From Cupriavidus necator (GTDB lineage: Bacteria; Pseudomonadota; Gammaproteobacteria; Burkholderiales; Burkholderiaceae): a stretch of 32,000 nucleotides of DNA. Within the stretch, counting starts at the first letter, position 1, and each line of letters starts with the position of its first letter. Positions 10,831 to 20,743 of this stretch are shown here, one piece after another. The position numbers and the translations under genes were made by a program. The stretch spans positions 3,030,001-3,062,000 of the forward strand of contig NZ_CP066018.1 in assembly GCF_016127575.1 (NCBI RefSeq), read 5' to 3'. The notes under the pieces were generated by a model, which saw only the letters and a list, made by a program, of their open reading frames with translations, was not told where the DNA came from and did no database searches.

Positions 10831-10965
10831 TTCAAATTGTTGTGCGGGTGTTGCTAGTTCGCTGATTGCGAACCGAATTGTCGTGGGTAGGTGTTTCGTA
10901 TCGCGAAAAGTCCACATTGATCAAAGGCAATTCATGCTATTCTTAACGCCGTGAAGACTTTAGGT

Positions 10966-11159
10966 CCTTCCCCGCACAACTTGCCCTTTCGGGCCTTGTG
11001 AGGAAGCCATCACACGCGGCACCCAAGCGGTGCCGTTTGTGTAGGCGCCTCAGTTGGGCTCCCAAGAGTTGTTTGCGATCCGCTAACCGGTCAAGCCGTG
11101 TCGCGGAAGGTTGAATAACCCGCTGAACTCCGGCATTCCCGGAGAATAGTGAGCGTCCC
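10966..11159 (+). promoter_or_regulatory. structured sucA 5' leader, probable instance of the Burkholderiales sucA RNA motif
   Basis: Consecutive hairpins at 10966-11007, 11012-11042, 11049-11068 and 11128-11144 (CTCCGG-cattc-CCGGAG). The last hairpin contains the only GGAG upstream of the sucA ATG. No plausible ORF. The boundaries are approximate. Confidence 0.55.
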
Positions 11160-14012
11160 ATGATGCAGCAGTATCAGAGCAACTCGTACCTCTTCGGCGG
11201 TAACGCCCCGTATGTCGAAGAACTGTACGAGGCCTACCTCCAGAACCCCGCCTCGGTTCCCGACAATTGGCGCGCGTATTTCGACGCCATGCAGAACGTT
11301 CCTGCGGTCGACGGCTCGAACGGCCGGGATATCCCCCACGCCCCCATCGTTGCCTCGTTCGCCGAGCGCGCCAAGCAAGGCCCCATCAGGACCATCGTTG
11401 CCTCGGCCGATTCCGACATGGGCCGCAAGCGCGTCGCTGCTACCCAGCTGATCGCCGCCTACCGCAACATCGGTTCGCACTGGGCCGACCTGGATCCGCT
11501 CAAGCGCCAGGAGCGTCCGCCCCTGCCGGATCTGGACCCGGCGTTCTACGGTTTCTCCGAAGCAGACCTCGACATCGTCTTCAATGCCAGCAATACCTAC
11601 TTTGGCAAGGAGTCGATGAGCCTGCGCGAGCTGCTCAACAACCTGCGCGAAACCTACTGCGGCACCATCGGTTTCGAATTCATGTACGTGAGCGACCAGG
11701 CGCAGAAGCGCTGGTGGCAGGAGCGCCTGGAAACCACGCGTTCCAAGCCCGTGTTCACGCTGGAAAAGAAGAAGCACATCCTGGACCGCCTGACCGCGGC
11801 TGAAGGCCTGGAGCGCTTCCTGCACACCAAGTACGTCGGCCAGAAGCGCTTCTCGCTGGAAGGCGGCGAAAGCTTCATCGCCGCCATGGACGAGCTGATC
11901 CAGCACGCCGGCAGCAAGGGCGTGCAGGAAATCGTGATCGGCATGGCCCACCGTGGCCGCCTGAACGTGCTGGTCAACACCCTGGGCAAGATGCCCGCCG
12001 ACCTGTTCGCCGAATTCGAAGGCAAGCACGTCGACGACCTGCCGGCCGGTGACGTCAAGTACCACAAGGGCTTCTCGAGCGATGTCTCGACCGAAGGCGG
12101 CCCGGTCCACCTGTCGCTGGCGTTCAATCCGTCGCACCTGGAAATCGTCAACCCGGTGGTCGAAGGCTCGGCCAAGGCCCGCCAGGAACGCCGCGGCGAA
12201 GTCGGCCACAAGGAAGTGCTGCCGGTGCAGGTGCACGGCGATGCGGCCTTTGCCGGCCAGGGCGTGGTGATGGAGACGCTGAACCTCGCGCAGACCCGCG
12301 GCTACGGCACGGGCGGCTCGATGCACATCGTCATCAACAACCAGATCGGCTTCACTACCTCCGACCCGCGCGACGCGCGTTCGACGCTGTACTGCACGGA
12401 CGTGGTCAAGATGATCGAGGCCCCGGTGCTGCACGTGAACGGCGACGATCCCGAAGCCGTGGTGTACGCCATGCAGCTGGCCGTGGACTTCCGCATGGAG
12501 TTCAAGAAGGATGTCGTGGTCGACATCATCTGCTTCCGCAAGCTGGGCCACAACGAGCAGGACACCCCGGCGGTCACGCAGCCGCTGATGTACAAGAAGA
12601 TCGCCCAGCACCCCGGCACGCGCAAGCTGTACGCTGACAAGCTGGCCGCGCAGAACCTGGTCCCGGCCGAGTTCGGCGACGAGAAGGTCAAGGCATACCG
12701 CGCCGCGATGGACGCCGGCAAGCACACCGCCGACCCCGTCCTGTCGAACTTCAAGAACAAGTTCGCCGTGGACTGGATGCCGTTCCTGAACCGCAAGTGG
12801 ACCGACGCCGCCGACACCGCCGTGCCGGTGACCGAGCTCAAGCGCCTGGCCGAACGCATCACCACCACGCCTGAGACCCTGAAGCTGCACCCGCTGGTGG
12901 AGAAGGTCGTCAAGGACCGCGCCAACATGGGCCGCGGCGACCAGCCGCTGGACTGGGGCATGGGTGAGCACCTGGCCTTCGCCTCGCTGGTGTCGTCGGG
13001 CTACCCGGTGCGTATCACCGGCCAGGACGCTGGCCGCGGCACCTTCACCCACCGCCACGCCGTGCTGCACGACCAGGCCCGCGAGCGCTGGGATGCCGGC
13101 AGCTACGTGCCGCTGCAGAACGTGTCGGAAAACCAGGCACCGTTCACGGTGATCGACTCGGTGCTGTCCGAAGAGGCCGTGCTCGGCTTCGAATACGGCT
13201 ACTCGGCCGCCGAACCGAACGCGCTGGTGATCTGGGAAGCCCAGTTCGGCGACTTCGTCAACGGCGCCCAGGTGGTGATCGACCAGTTCATCTCGTCGGG
13301 TGAAGTAAAGTGGGGCCGTGCCTCGGGCCTGACGCTGATGCTGCCGCACGGCTACGAAGGCCAGGGCCCGGAACACAGCTCGGCCCGTATCGAGCGCTTC
13401 CTGCAGCTTTGCGCGGACCACAACATGCAGGTCTGCCAGCCGACCACGCCGGCCCAGATCTTCCACCTGCTGCGCCGACAGATGATCCGTCTGTTCCGCA
13501 AGCCGCTGGTGATCATGACGCCGAAGTCGCTGCTGCGTAACAAGGACGCTGTGTCGCCGCTGTCGGACCTGGCCAAGGGCCACTTCGAGACGGTCATCCC
13601 TGACCACGAAGAGCTCAACGCCAGCAAGGTCAAGCGCGTCATCATGTGCTCGGGCAAGGTCTACTACGACCTGGTCAACACGCGCAAGGAACGCGAGGCC
13701 AATGATACGGCGGTGATCCGCCTGGAACAGCTGTATCCGTTCCCGCACAAGGCTGTGGCAGCAGAACTCAAGAAGTATCCGAACGCCACCGAAATCGTGT
13801 GGTGCCAGGACGAGCCGCAGAACCAGGGTGCCTGGTTCTTCGTGCAGCACTACATCATGGAAAACATGACGGATGGCCAGAAGCTCGGTTATGCCGGTCG
13901 TCCCGCTTCGGCTTCGCCGGCAGTGGGCTACTACGCAAAGCACAACGAGCAACAGAAGGCGCTGCTGGAGGCTGCCTTCGCCAAGCTCAAGGGCTTTGTT
14001 CTGACCAAGTAA
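11160..14012 (+). CDS. sucA: 2-oxoglutarate dehydrogenase E1 component
   Basis: 950 aa with the N-terminus SYLFGGNAPYVEELYE typical of OGDH E1. It is followed by E2 and E3 genes. Confidence 0.95.
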   Translation: MMQQYQSNSYLFGGNAPYVEELYEAYLQNPASVPDNWRAYFDAMQNVPAVDGSNGRDIPHAPIVASFAERAKQGPIRTIVASADSDMGRKRVAATQLIAAYRNIGSHWADLDPLKRQERPPLPDLDPAFYGFSEADLDIVFNASNTYFGKESMSLRELLNNLRETYCGTIGFEFMYVSDQAQKRWWQERLETTRSKPVFTLEKKKHILDRLTAAEGLERFLHTKYVGQKRFSLEGGESFIAAMDELIQHAGSKGVQEIVIGMAHRGRLNVLVNTLGKMPADLFAEFEGKHVDDLPAGDVKYHKGFSSDVSTEGGPVHLSLAFNPSHLEIVNPVVEGSAKARQERRGEVGHKEVLPVQVHGDAAFAGQGVVMETLNLAQTRGYGTGGSMHIVINNQIGFTTSDPRDARSTLYCTDVVKMIEAPVLHVNGDDPEAVVYAMQLAVDFRMEFKKDVVVDIICFRKLGHNEQDTPAVTQPLMYKKIAQHPGTRKLYADKLAAQNLVPAEFGDEKVKAYRAAMDAGKHTADPVLSNFKNKFAVDWMPFLNRKWTDAADTAVPVTELKRLAERITTTPETLKLHPLVEKVVKDRANMGRGDQPLDWGMGEHLAFASLVSSGYPVRITGQDAGRGTFTHRHAVLHDQARERWDAGSYVPLQNVSENQAPFTVIDSVLSEEAVLGFEYGYSAAEPNALVIWEAQFGDFVNGAQVVIDQFISSGEVKWGRASGLTLMLPHGYEGQGPEHSSARIERFLQLCADHNMQVCQPTTPAQIFHLLRRQMIRLFRKPLVIMTPKSLLRNKDAVSPLSDLAKGHFETVIPDHEELNASKVKRVIMCSGKVYYDLVNTRKEREANDTAVIRLEQLYPFPHKAVAAELKKYPNATEIVWCQDEPQNQGAWFFVQHYIMENMTDGQKLGYAGRPASASPAVGYYAKHNEQQKALLEAAFAKLKGFVLTK

Positions 14013-14023
14013 TCAAGCGGCAG

Positions 14024-14054
14024 CTACGGCGGCGCGCGCAGACGGCCGCCGTGG
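14024..14054 (+). other. intercistronic GC-rich stem-loop (sucA-sucB)
   Basis: ctacggcggc ... gccgccgtgg forms about a 10-bp stem with one G-U pair. No T-run follows. Confidence 0.5.
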
Positions 14055-14101
14055 CATAGCCAGCATAAAGACAACACGCATAACACGAGGAATTCACAAC
14101 C

Positions 14102-15352
14102 ATGGCTATCGTTGACGTCAAGGTTCCGCAGCTCTCCGAATCGGTCGCCGAAGCGACCATGCTCAACTGGAAGAAGAAGCCGGGCGAGGCTGTTGCACAG
14201 GACGAAATCCTGATCGAGATCGAAACCGACAAGGTCGTGCTGGAAGTGCCGGCCCCGTCGGCTGGTGTCCTGTCGATTATCGTCAAGAACGACGGCGACA
14301 CCGTCGTGGCCGATGAGATCATCGCCAAGATCGACACCGAAGCCACCGCTGGCGCCGCCGCACCGGCTGCTGCCGCTCCGGCACCTGCCGCCGCTGCCCC
14401 GGCACCTGCCGCTGCTGTCGCCGCTCCGGCCGCCGCAGGTGGTGTGGCGATGCCGTCGGCTGCCAAGCTGATGGCAGAAGCCGGCCTGTCGGCTGGCCAG
14501 GTTGCAGGCACCGGCAAGGACGGCCGCATCACCAAGGGTGACGCGCTGGCCGCTGCTGCTGCCCCGGCCGCCAAGGCTGCTCCGGCTCCGGCTGCCGCCA
14601 AGCCGGCGCTGCAGCAGGTTTCGGCCCCGGTTGACTTTGCCGCGCTGGGCGACCGCCCGGAAGAGCGCGTGCCGATGAGCCGTCTGCGCGCCCGTATCGC
14701 CGAGCGCCTGCTGCAATCGCAATCGACCAACGCCATCCTCACCACCTTCAATGAAGTGAACATGAAGCCGGTGATGGACCTGCGCAACAAGTACAAGGAC
14801 CGCTTCGAGAAGGAACACGGCGTCAAGCTGGGCTTCATGTCGTTCTTCGTCAAGGCCGCGGTGCACGCGCTGAAGAAGTTCCCGCTGATCAATGCTTCGA
14901 TCGACGGCAACGACATTGTCTACCACGGCTACTTCGACATCGGCATCGCCGTGGGTTCGCCGCGTGGCCTGGTGGTGCCCATCCTGCGCAATGCCGACCA
15001 GATGAGCCTGGCCGACATCGAGAAGAAGATTGCCGAGTTCGGCGTCAAGGCCCGTGACGGCAAGCTGTCGCTGGAAGAACTGACCGGCGGTACCTTCTCG
15101 ATCTCCAACGGCGGCGTGTTCGGTTCGATGCTGTCGACCCCGATCATCAACCCGCCGCAATCGGCCATCCTGGGCGTGCACGCCACCAAGGACCGCCCGG
15201 TGGTGGAAGACGGCCAGATCGTGATCCGCCCGATGAACTACCTGGCGATGTCTTATGACCACCGCATCATCGACGGCCGTGAAGCCGTGCTGGGCCTGGT
15301 GGCCATGAAGGACGCGCTGGAAGATCCGGCCCGCCTGCTGCTGGACCTGTAA
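14102..15352 (+). CDS. sucB: dihydrolipoyllysine-residue succinyltransferase (OGDH E2)
   Basis: Lipoyl domain [10 protein letters not shown], Ala/Pro linkers, subunit-binding domain, catalytic DHRIIDG. Confidence 0.95.
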   Translation: MAIVDVKVPQLSESVAEATMLNWKKKPGEAVAQDEILIEIETDKVVLEVPAPSAGVLSIIVKNDGDTVVADEIIAKIDTEATAGAAAPAAAAPAPAAAAPAPAAAVAAPAAAGGVAMPSAAKLMAEAGLSAGQVAGTGKDGRITKGDALAAAAAPAAKAAPAPAAAKPALQQVSAPVDFAALGDRPEERVPMSRLRARIAERLLQSQSTNAILTTFNEVNMKPVMDLRNKYKDRFEKEHGVKLGFMSFFVKAAVHALKKFPLINASIDGNDIVYHGYFDIGIAVGSPRGLVVPILRNADQMSLADIEKKIAEFGVKARDGKLSLEELTGGTFSISNGGVFGSMLSTPIINPPQSAILGVHATKDRPVVEDGQIVIRPMNYLAMSYDHRIIDGREAVLGLVAMKDALEDPARLLLDL

Positions 15353-15362
15353 TTAACGGTCC

Positions 15363-15389
15363 CCCCGCGCACGCCTGCCGTGCGCGGGG
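15363..15389 (+). other. intercistronic GC-rich stem-loop (sucB-lpdA)
   Basis: CCCCGCGCAC-gcctgcc-GTGCGCGGGG is a perfect 10-bp stem with no T-run. Confidence 0.5.
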
Positions 15390-15454
15390 CGCGCTTCCCC
15401 CGTGATGAAGGCGCGCCGGCACAAGCTGTCGCCGGCGCCCACAAAGGAATTTCC

Positions 15455-16879
15455 ATGAGCAAACAATTCGACGTGCTGGTGATCGGCGCCGGCCCCGGCG
15501 GCTACATCGCCGCCATCCGCGCCGGCCAGCTGGGCCTGAACGTGGCCTGCTGCGAAGGCAATCCGTATGACGATCCCAAGGGCGAAGCCCGCCTGGGCGG
15601 CACCTGTCTGAACGTGGGCTGCATCCCCTCCAAGGCGCTGCTGGCTTCCTCGGAGGAGTTCGAGAACGTCCAGCACCACCTGGGCGACCACGGCATCACC
15701 GTGGGCGACGTCAAGGTCGACGTGGCCAAGATGCTCAAGCGCAAGGACGACATCGTTGGCAAGATGACCAAGGGTATCGAGTTCCTGTTCCGCAAGAACA
15801 AGGTGACGCTGCTCAAGGGCTACGGCAAGTTCGTCGGCAAGAGCGCCGAGGGCTTCCAGGTCGACGTTGCCGGTGAAGTCGTGACCGCCAAGCAGGTCAT
15901 CATCGCCACCGGTTCGAAGGCTCGCCACCTGCCGGGCATCAAGGTCGACAATGACCTGGTCAGCGATAACGAGGGCGCGCTCAAGTTCCCCGCAGTGCCG
16001 AAGAAGCTGGGCGTGATCGGTGCCGGCGTGATCGGCCTGGAACTGGGCTCGGTGTGGCGCCGCCTGGGCTCCGATGTGACCGTGCTGGAAGCGCTGCCCG
16101 CGTTCCTGGGCGCCGCCGACGAAGGCGTGGCCAAGGAAGCGCAGAAGCAGCTGACCAAGCAGGGCCTGAAGTTCAGCCTCGGCGTGAACGTCAACGAAGT
16201 GACGACCGGCAAGAACGGCGTGACCGTCAAGTACACTGACAAGGACGGCAAGGCGCAGACCCTGGAGGTCGATCGCCTGATCGTGTCGGTTGGCCGCGTG
16301 CCCAATACCGACAACCTGGGCCTGGACGCCGTCGGCCTGGCCGCGGACCAGCGCGGCTTCATCGAGGTGGACGACCACTGCGCCACCAAGGTGCCGGGCC
16401 TGTGGGCCATCGGCGACGTGGTGCGCGGCCCGATGCTGGCGCACAAGGCCGAGGACGAAGGCGTGGCCGTGGCCGAGCGCATCGCCGGCCAGAAGCCGCA
16501 TATCGACTACAACTGCGTTCCGTGGGTGATCTACACCTTCCCGGAAATCGCATGGGTAGGCAAGACCGAAGCCCAGCTCAAGGCCGAAGGCCGCGAGTAC
16601 AAGGCCGGCCAGTTCCCGTTCATGGCCAACGGCCGTGCACTGGGCATGGGCCACGCCGACGGCTTCGTCAAGATGCTGGCCGACGCCAAGACCGACGAGA
16701 TCCTGGGCGTGCACATCGTTGCCGCCAACGCCTCGGACCTGATCGCCGAAGCCGTGGTGGCGATGGAGTTCAAGGCCGCCAGCGAGGATATCGGCCGCGT
16801 CTGCCACCCGCACCCGTCGATGTCGGAAGTCATGCGCGAAGCCGCGCTGGCCGTCGACAAGCGTCAGCTTAATATGTAA
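15455..16879 (+). CDS. lpdA: dihydrolipoyl dehydrogenase (E3)
   Basis: Start placed at ATG 15455 ([17 protein letters not shown]), preceded by aaagga. Redox-active disulfide [13 protein letters not shown]. The ORF-track GTG 15380 lies inside the upstream hairpin. Confidence 0.94.
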   Translation: MSKQFDVLVIGAGPGGYIAAIRAGQLGLNVACCEGNPYDDPKGEARLGGTCLNVGCIPSKALLASSEEFENVQHHLGDHGITVGDVKVDVAKMLKRKDDIVGKMTKGIEFLFRKNKVTLLKGYGKFVGKSAEGFQVDVAGEVVTAKQVIIATGSKARHLPGIKVDNDLVSDNEGALKFPAVPKKLGVIGAGVIGLELGSVWRRLGSDVTVLEALPAFLGAADEGVAKEAQKQLTKQGLKFSLGVNVNEVTTGKNGVTVKYTDKDGKAQTLEVDRLIVSVGRVPNTDNLGLDAVGLAADQRGFIEVDDHCATKVPGLWAIGDVVRGPMLAHKAEDEGVAVAERIAGQKPHIDYNCVPWVIYTFPEIAWVGKTEAQLKAEGREYKAGQFPFMANGRALGMGHADGFVKMLADAKTDEILGVHIVAANASDLIAEAVVAMEFKAASEDIGRVCHPHPSMSEVMREAALAVDKRQLNM

Positions 16880-16907
16880 GGCGCATGCTTCGCATTGCCT
16901 GAGTACC

Positions 16908-16936
16908 GGCGCGCCGCATCCGCGGCGCGCCGTTTT
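16908..16936 (+). terminator. intrinsic terminator after lpdA
   Basis: GGCGCGCCGC-atcc-GCGGCGCGCC is a perfect 10-bp stem followed by gtttt. Confidence 0.7.
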
Positions 16937-16969
16937 CACTTGCGGCCCGTGCCGCAGGAACCCGTCAGC

Positions 16970-18067
16970 ATGAACGTCACCGAGTACTACGAGAAGGAAC
17001 TGAAGGAGCGCGGCTACCAGTCCGACGAAGCGCAATTGCGTGCCGTGGCCCGGCTGCAGCAGTGCTACGACGAATGGGTGGCCTACAAGAGCCGCCGCAA
17101 CAATGCGCTGAAGAAGCTGCTGGTCCGTCCCGACGTGCCCAAGGGCGTCTACCTGTGGGGTGGGGTGGGGCGCGGCAAGTCCTTCCTGATGGACAGCTTC
17201 TATACCTGCGTGCCGGTGGTGCGCAAGACGCGGCTGCATTTCCATGAGTTCATGCGCGAGGTCCATCGCCAGCTCGAAGAGCTGCGCGGCCGTCCCGATC
17301 CGCTGGATGAGCTGGCCAGACGCATCGCGCGCCGCTTCCGGCTGATCTGCTTCGATGAATTCCACGTCAGCGACGTCGCCGACGCGATGATCCTGCATCG
17401 GCTGCTGCAGCAGATGTTCGAGAACGGCGTGCAGTTCGTGATGACCTCCAACTACCGCCCGGACCTGCTGTATCCGGATGGCCTGCACCGCGACCGCGTG
17501 CTGCCGGCCATCGCGCTGCTGCAGCGGAAGCTCGACGTGCTCAACGTCGACGCGGGCATCGACTATCGCAAGCGCGCGCTGGAGCAGGTGCAGGCGTACC
17601 ACACGCCGCTCGGCGCCAAGGCCAGTTCCGCGCTGCGCGACGCCTTCACCTCGATTGCCGGCGTGGCCGACGAGTCGCCGCTGCTGCATATCGAGCATCG
17701 CGAGTTGCGTGCGCTGCGCAAGGCCAACGGCGTGGTGTGGTTCGACTTTGCCACGCTGTGCGGCGGCCCGCGCTCACAGAACGACTACCTGGAGCTGGCG
17801 TCCCAGTTCCACACCGTGATCCTGTCCGACGTGCCGCGCATGACGCCGCGCATGTCGTCCGAGGCACGCCGCTTCACCTGGCTGATCGATGTCTTCTACG
17901 ACCACAAGGTCAAGCTGCTGATGTCGGCGGAAGTGCCCGCGGACGAACTCTACACCGAAGGCCAGATGGCCAATGAGTTCCATCGGACCGTATCGCGCAT
18001 CATCGAGATGCAATCGCGCGAATACCTGGAATCCGAGCGCCGCACCATGGATACCACGCTCACCTGA
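16970..18067 (+). CDS. zapE: AFG1-like ATPase / cell division protein ZapE
   Basis: Start placed at ATG 16970 (MNVTEYYEKE). Walker A GGVGRGKS, Walker B LICFDEFH. The position after lpdA is common in betaproteobacteria. Confidence 0.85.
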   Translation: MNVTEYYEKELKERGYQSDEAQLRAVARLQQCYDEWVAYKSRRNNALKKLLVRPDVPKGVYLWGGVGRGKSFLMDSFYTCVPVVRKTRLHFHEFMREVHRQLEELRGRPDPLDELARRIARRFRLICFDEFHVSDVADAMILHRLLQQMFENGVQFVMTSNYRPDLLYPDGLHRDRVLPAIALLQRKLDVLNVDAGIDYRKRALEQVQAYHTPLGAKASSALRDAFTSIAGVADESPLLHIEHRELRALRKANGVVWFDFATLCGGPRSQNDYLELASQFHTVILSDVPRMTPRMSSEARRFTWLIDVFYDHKVKLLMSAEVPADELYTEGQMANEFHRTVSRIIEMQSREYLESERRTMDTTLT

Positions 18068-18078
18068 GCGTTGTTTTC

Positions 18079-18105
18079 CGGCCCGGCGCGACGATTGCCG
18101 GGCCG
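18079..18105 (+). other. stem-loop after zapE (terminator-like, no U-tract)
   Basis: CGGCCCGGC-gcgacgatt-GCCGGGCCG is a perfect 9-bp stem. Confidence 0.4.
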
Positions 18106-18107
18106 CA

Positions 18108-18121
18108 TTGACCTATATCAA
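18108..18121 (+). promoter_or_regulatory. FNR/Anr-type box upstream of ccoI
   Basis: TTGAC-ctat-ATCAA matches 9/10 of TTGAT-N4-ATCAA. TACCCT at 18144-18149 sits where a -10 would fall for a box centred at -41.5. The ccoI ATG is at 18173. Confidence 0.6.
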
Positions 18122-18172
18122 GGTCGATTCGGGGGCCCGCATATACCCTCCATCGGGTAGAAAAAGGTTCCC

Positions 18173-20740
18173 ATGTCGTCGCCCCCAGTCACCAGTCCTT
18201 CAGCCAGCTTACTGGCACCGTACCCGCCGTCCGCGCTCCGTGATGCCTTGGGCCCGGCTGCCGACGCCGGTGCGCGGCTGGCCTGCTTCCATTGCGGCCT
18301 GCCCGTCACGGACACCGAGCCGCTTGCCGCCGAGCTGGACGGCAGCCGCCGGGTGTTCTGCTGCGGCGGTTGCCAGGCATTGGCGCAGACCCTCCATGCG
18401 GCCGGCTTTGCGCACCTGTACGGGGATGAAGCCCGCTTCGCCCGCCCCATCGACGACGACGCCCGTCGCGAGGCCGAACCGATCTGGGCCGCCTACGACA
18501 CCCCTGAGTTGCGCGCCCAGTTTGTCCGCCCGCTGGACAGCGGCCGCGCCGAGATCACGCTGGCGCCAGAGAACATCCGCTGTGCCGCTTGCGCGTGGCT
18601 GATCGAACAGCACCTGAGCCGCCAGCCGGGCGTTGAGTCCGCGGTCGCCAATGTCGCCACGCGGCGCGTGGTGGTGCGCTGGCGCGATGGCGCCCAGACG
18701 GTGGCGGGGCTGCTGGCCGCGCTGGCCGGCATCGGCTACATGGCCTGGCCGTTCGAAGTCTCGCGCACCGACCAGCAGGACCGCCGCGCGCGCCGCGGGC
18801 TGCTGATGCGCATGGCGGTGGCCATGCTCGGCATGATGCAGGTCATGATGTATGCGTGGCCGATCTACACGCACGAGGCCACCATCGACCCTGGCCAGCT
18901 CCAGCTGATGCGCTGGGCCAGCTTCGCCCTGACGCTGCCGGTGGTGTTCTATGCCGCCTCGCCGATCTTTGCCGGTGCCTGGCGCAGCCTGCGCCAGCGC
19001 CACATGGGTATGGACGTGCCGGTGGCGATCGGCATCGGCGCCGGCTTTGCCGCCAGCGCGCTGGCCACGGTGCGCGGAGTGGGTGAGGTGTATTTCGATT
19101 CGGTGACGATGTTCGTCGCCTTCCTGCTGCTGGCCCGCTACCTGGAACTGCGCGTGCGCCAGGCCTCGCGCAGCGGCGCCGAGATGCTGGCGCGCCAGCT
19201 GCCGGCCACCTGCGAACGGTTGGTCGCGACGGGTGAGGCCGGCGAGCGTGTGCCGGTCGCGCGCCTGCGTGCGGGCGATCTGATCCGCGTCAAGGCCGGC
19301 GAGATCGTTCCCGCCGATGGCGCCGTGGTGGCGGGCGCGAGCGAACTCGACGAATCCATGCTGACCGGCGAGAGCCGCCCGGTGCGCCGCGCCGCCGGCG
19401 AGACCGTGCTGGCCGGCAGCTTCAATACGGCAAGCCCGCTCGAACTGCGGATCACGCGCGTCGGCGCCGGCACCCGCCTGGCCGAGATCGTCGCGGTGCT
19501 GGACCGCGCGCTGGCTGAAAAGCCGCGCCTTGCCACGCTGGCCGACCGCGTCGCGGGCTGGTTCGTGGCGACGCTGCTGGGGCTGGCGGCGCTGACCGGG
19601 CTGGTATGGGGTCTCTGGATCGATCCGTCGCGCGCCTTGCTGGTGACGATTGCGGTGCTGGTGGTCAGTTGCCCGTGCGCCTTGTCGCTGGCCACGCCGG
19701 CCGCGCTGGCCGCGGCCGGTGCGGCGCTGTCGCGCCGCGGCGTGCTGCTGACACGCGGCCACGCGCTGGAGACGCTGGCGCGCGTCACCGACGTGGTGCT
19801 CGACAAGACCGGCACGCTGACCGAAGGGCGCTTTGCCGTGGCCGCGGTCGAGCCGCTGGCTGACGCCGATCGGACCCGATGCCAGGCGCTGGCCACCGCG
19901 ATGGAGCGCGGTGGCGAACATCCGATCGCGCGCGCGCTGGTGGCCGCGGCGCAGGGTAACTCCGGCATGTCGCTCCAGGTGTCCGACATGCGCAACGTCC
20001 CGGGTCAGGGCCTGGAGGCGATCGTCGATGGCCAACGCCTGCGGCTCGGCCGCGCCGACTTTGTCGCGGCGCTGGCGCCCGACAGCGGCCAGGCACCGGA
20101 CACCTGGCGCAGCGACGCGGACCATCCTGGCGCTACCGTGGTGTGGCTGGGCGCGCCAGCGGGTCCGCTGGCGCGCTTCGTCCTGGCCGATGTGGAGCGG
20201 ACGCAGACGCCGCAGTTGCTCGTGCGGCTGCGTGAACTTGGCGTGCGCTGCCACCTGGTATCGGGCGATCACGCCGAAGCGGTCCACTGGTGGGCGTCGC
20301 ACTTCGGCATAGCCTGCGTAGCCGGCGCGGTCACCCCGGAAGGCAAGCGCGACTACGTCGCGCGGCTGCAGCAGGGCGGGGCGGTGGTGCTGGCCGTGGG
20401 CGATGGCATCAACGATGCGCCGGTGCTGGCGCAGGCCCAGGTGTCGATCGCCATCGGCAGCGGCGCGCCGCTGGCCCAGGCCGGTGCGGACGCGGTGCTG
20501 ACGCACGGCGGCGTGGCCGAGATCGCCACCGCACTGGCGGTGTCGCGCCGGACGCGCCGGGTGGTGCGCCAGAACCTGGGCTGGGCCTTCTTCTACAACG
20601 TCGTGGCCATCCCGCTCGCAGCGACGGGGCTGGTCACGGCCTGGATGGCCGGCATCGGCATGTCGCTGTCGTCGTTGCTGGTAGTGGCCAATGCCTGGCG
20701 CCTGCTGCGCGCCGGCAAGCCGCGCCACAAGGGAGTCTGA
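18173..20740 (+). CDS. ccoI: copper-translocating P1B-type ATPase for cbb3 oxidase assembly (CcoI/FixI)
   Basis: N-terminal CFHCG...CCGGC metal-binding module, HMA-like CAAC, TM CPC motif (VVSCPCAL), phosphorylation site DKTGT, hinge GDGINDAP. It is followed by ccoS. Confidence 0.9.
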   Translation: MSSPPVTSPSASLLAPYPPSALRDALGPAADAGARLACFHCGLPVTDTEPLAAELDGSRRVFCCGGCQALAQTLHAAGFAHLYGDEARFARPIDDDARREAEPIWAAYDTPELRAQFVRPLDSGRAEITLAPENIRCAACAWLIEQHLSRQPGVESAVANVATRRVVVRWRDGAQTVAGLLAALAGIGYMAWPFEVSRTDQQDRRARRGLLMRMAVAMLGMMQVMMYAWPIYTHEATIDPGQLQLMRWASFALTLPVVFYAASPIFAGAWRSLRQRHMGMDVPVAIGIGAGFAASALATVRGVGEVYFDSVTMFVAFLLLARYLELRVRQASRSGAEMLARQLPATCERLVATGEAGERVPVARLRAGDLIRVKAGEIVPADGAVVAGASELDESMLTGESRPVRRAAGETVLAGSFNTASPLELRITRVGAGTRLAEIVAVLDRALAEKPRLATLADRVAGWFVATLLGLAALTGLVWGLWIDPSRALLVTIAVLVVSCPCALSLATPAALAAAGAALSRRGVLLTRGHALETLARVTDVVLDKTGTLTEGRFAVAAVEPLADADRTRCQALATAMERGGEHPIARALVAAAQGNSGMSLQVSDMRNVPGQGLEAIVDGQRLRLGRADFVAALAPDSGQAPDTWRSDADHPGATVVWLGAPAGPLARFVLADVERTQTPQLLVRLRELGVRCHLVSGDHAEAVHWWASHFGIACVAGAVTPEGKRDYVARLQQGGAVVLAVGDGINDAPVLAQAQVSIAIGSGAPLAQAGADAVLTHGGVAEIATALAVSRRTRRVVRQNLGWAFFYNVVAIPLAATGLVTAWMAGIGMSLSSLLVVANAWRLLRAGKPRHKGV

Positions 20741-20743
20741 CAG

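Noticed and set aside
14340-14460. Ala/Pro-encoding repetitive DNA in sucB ([29 protein letters not shown]), considered as a tandem repeat feature.
   Set aside because: This is the normal flexible inter-domain linker of 2-oxo-acid dehydrogenase E2 proteins, not an independent repeat element.
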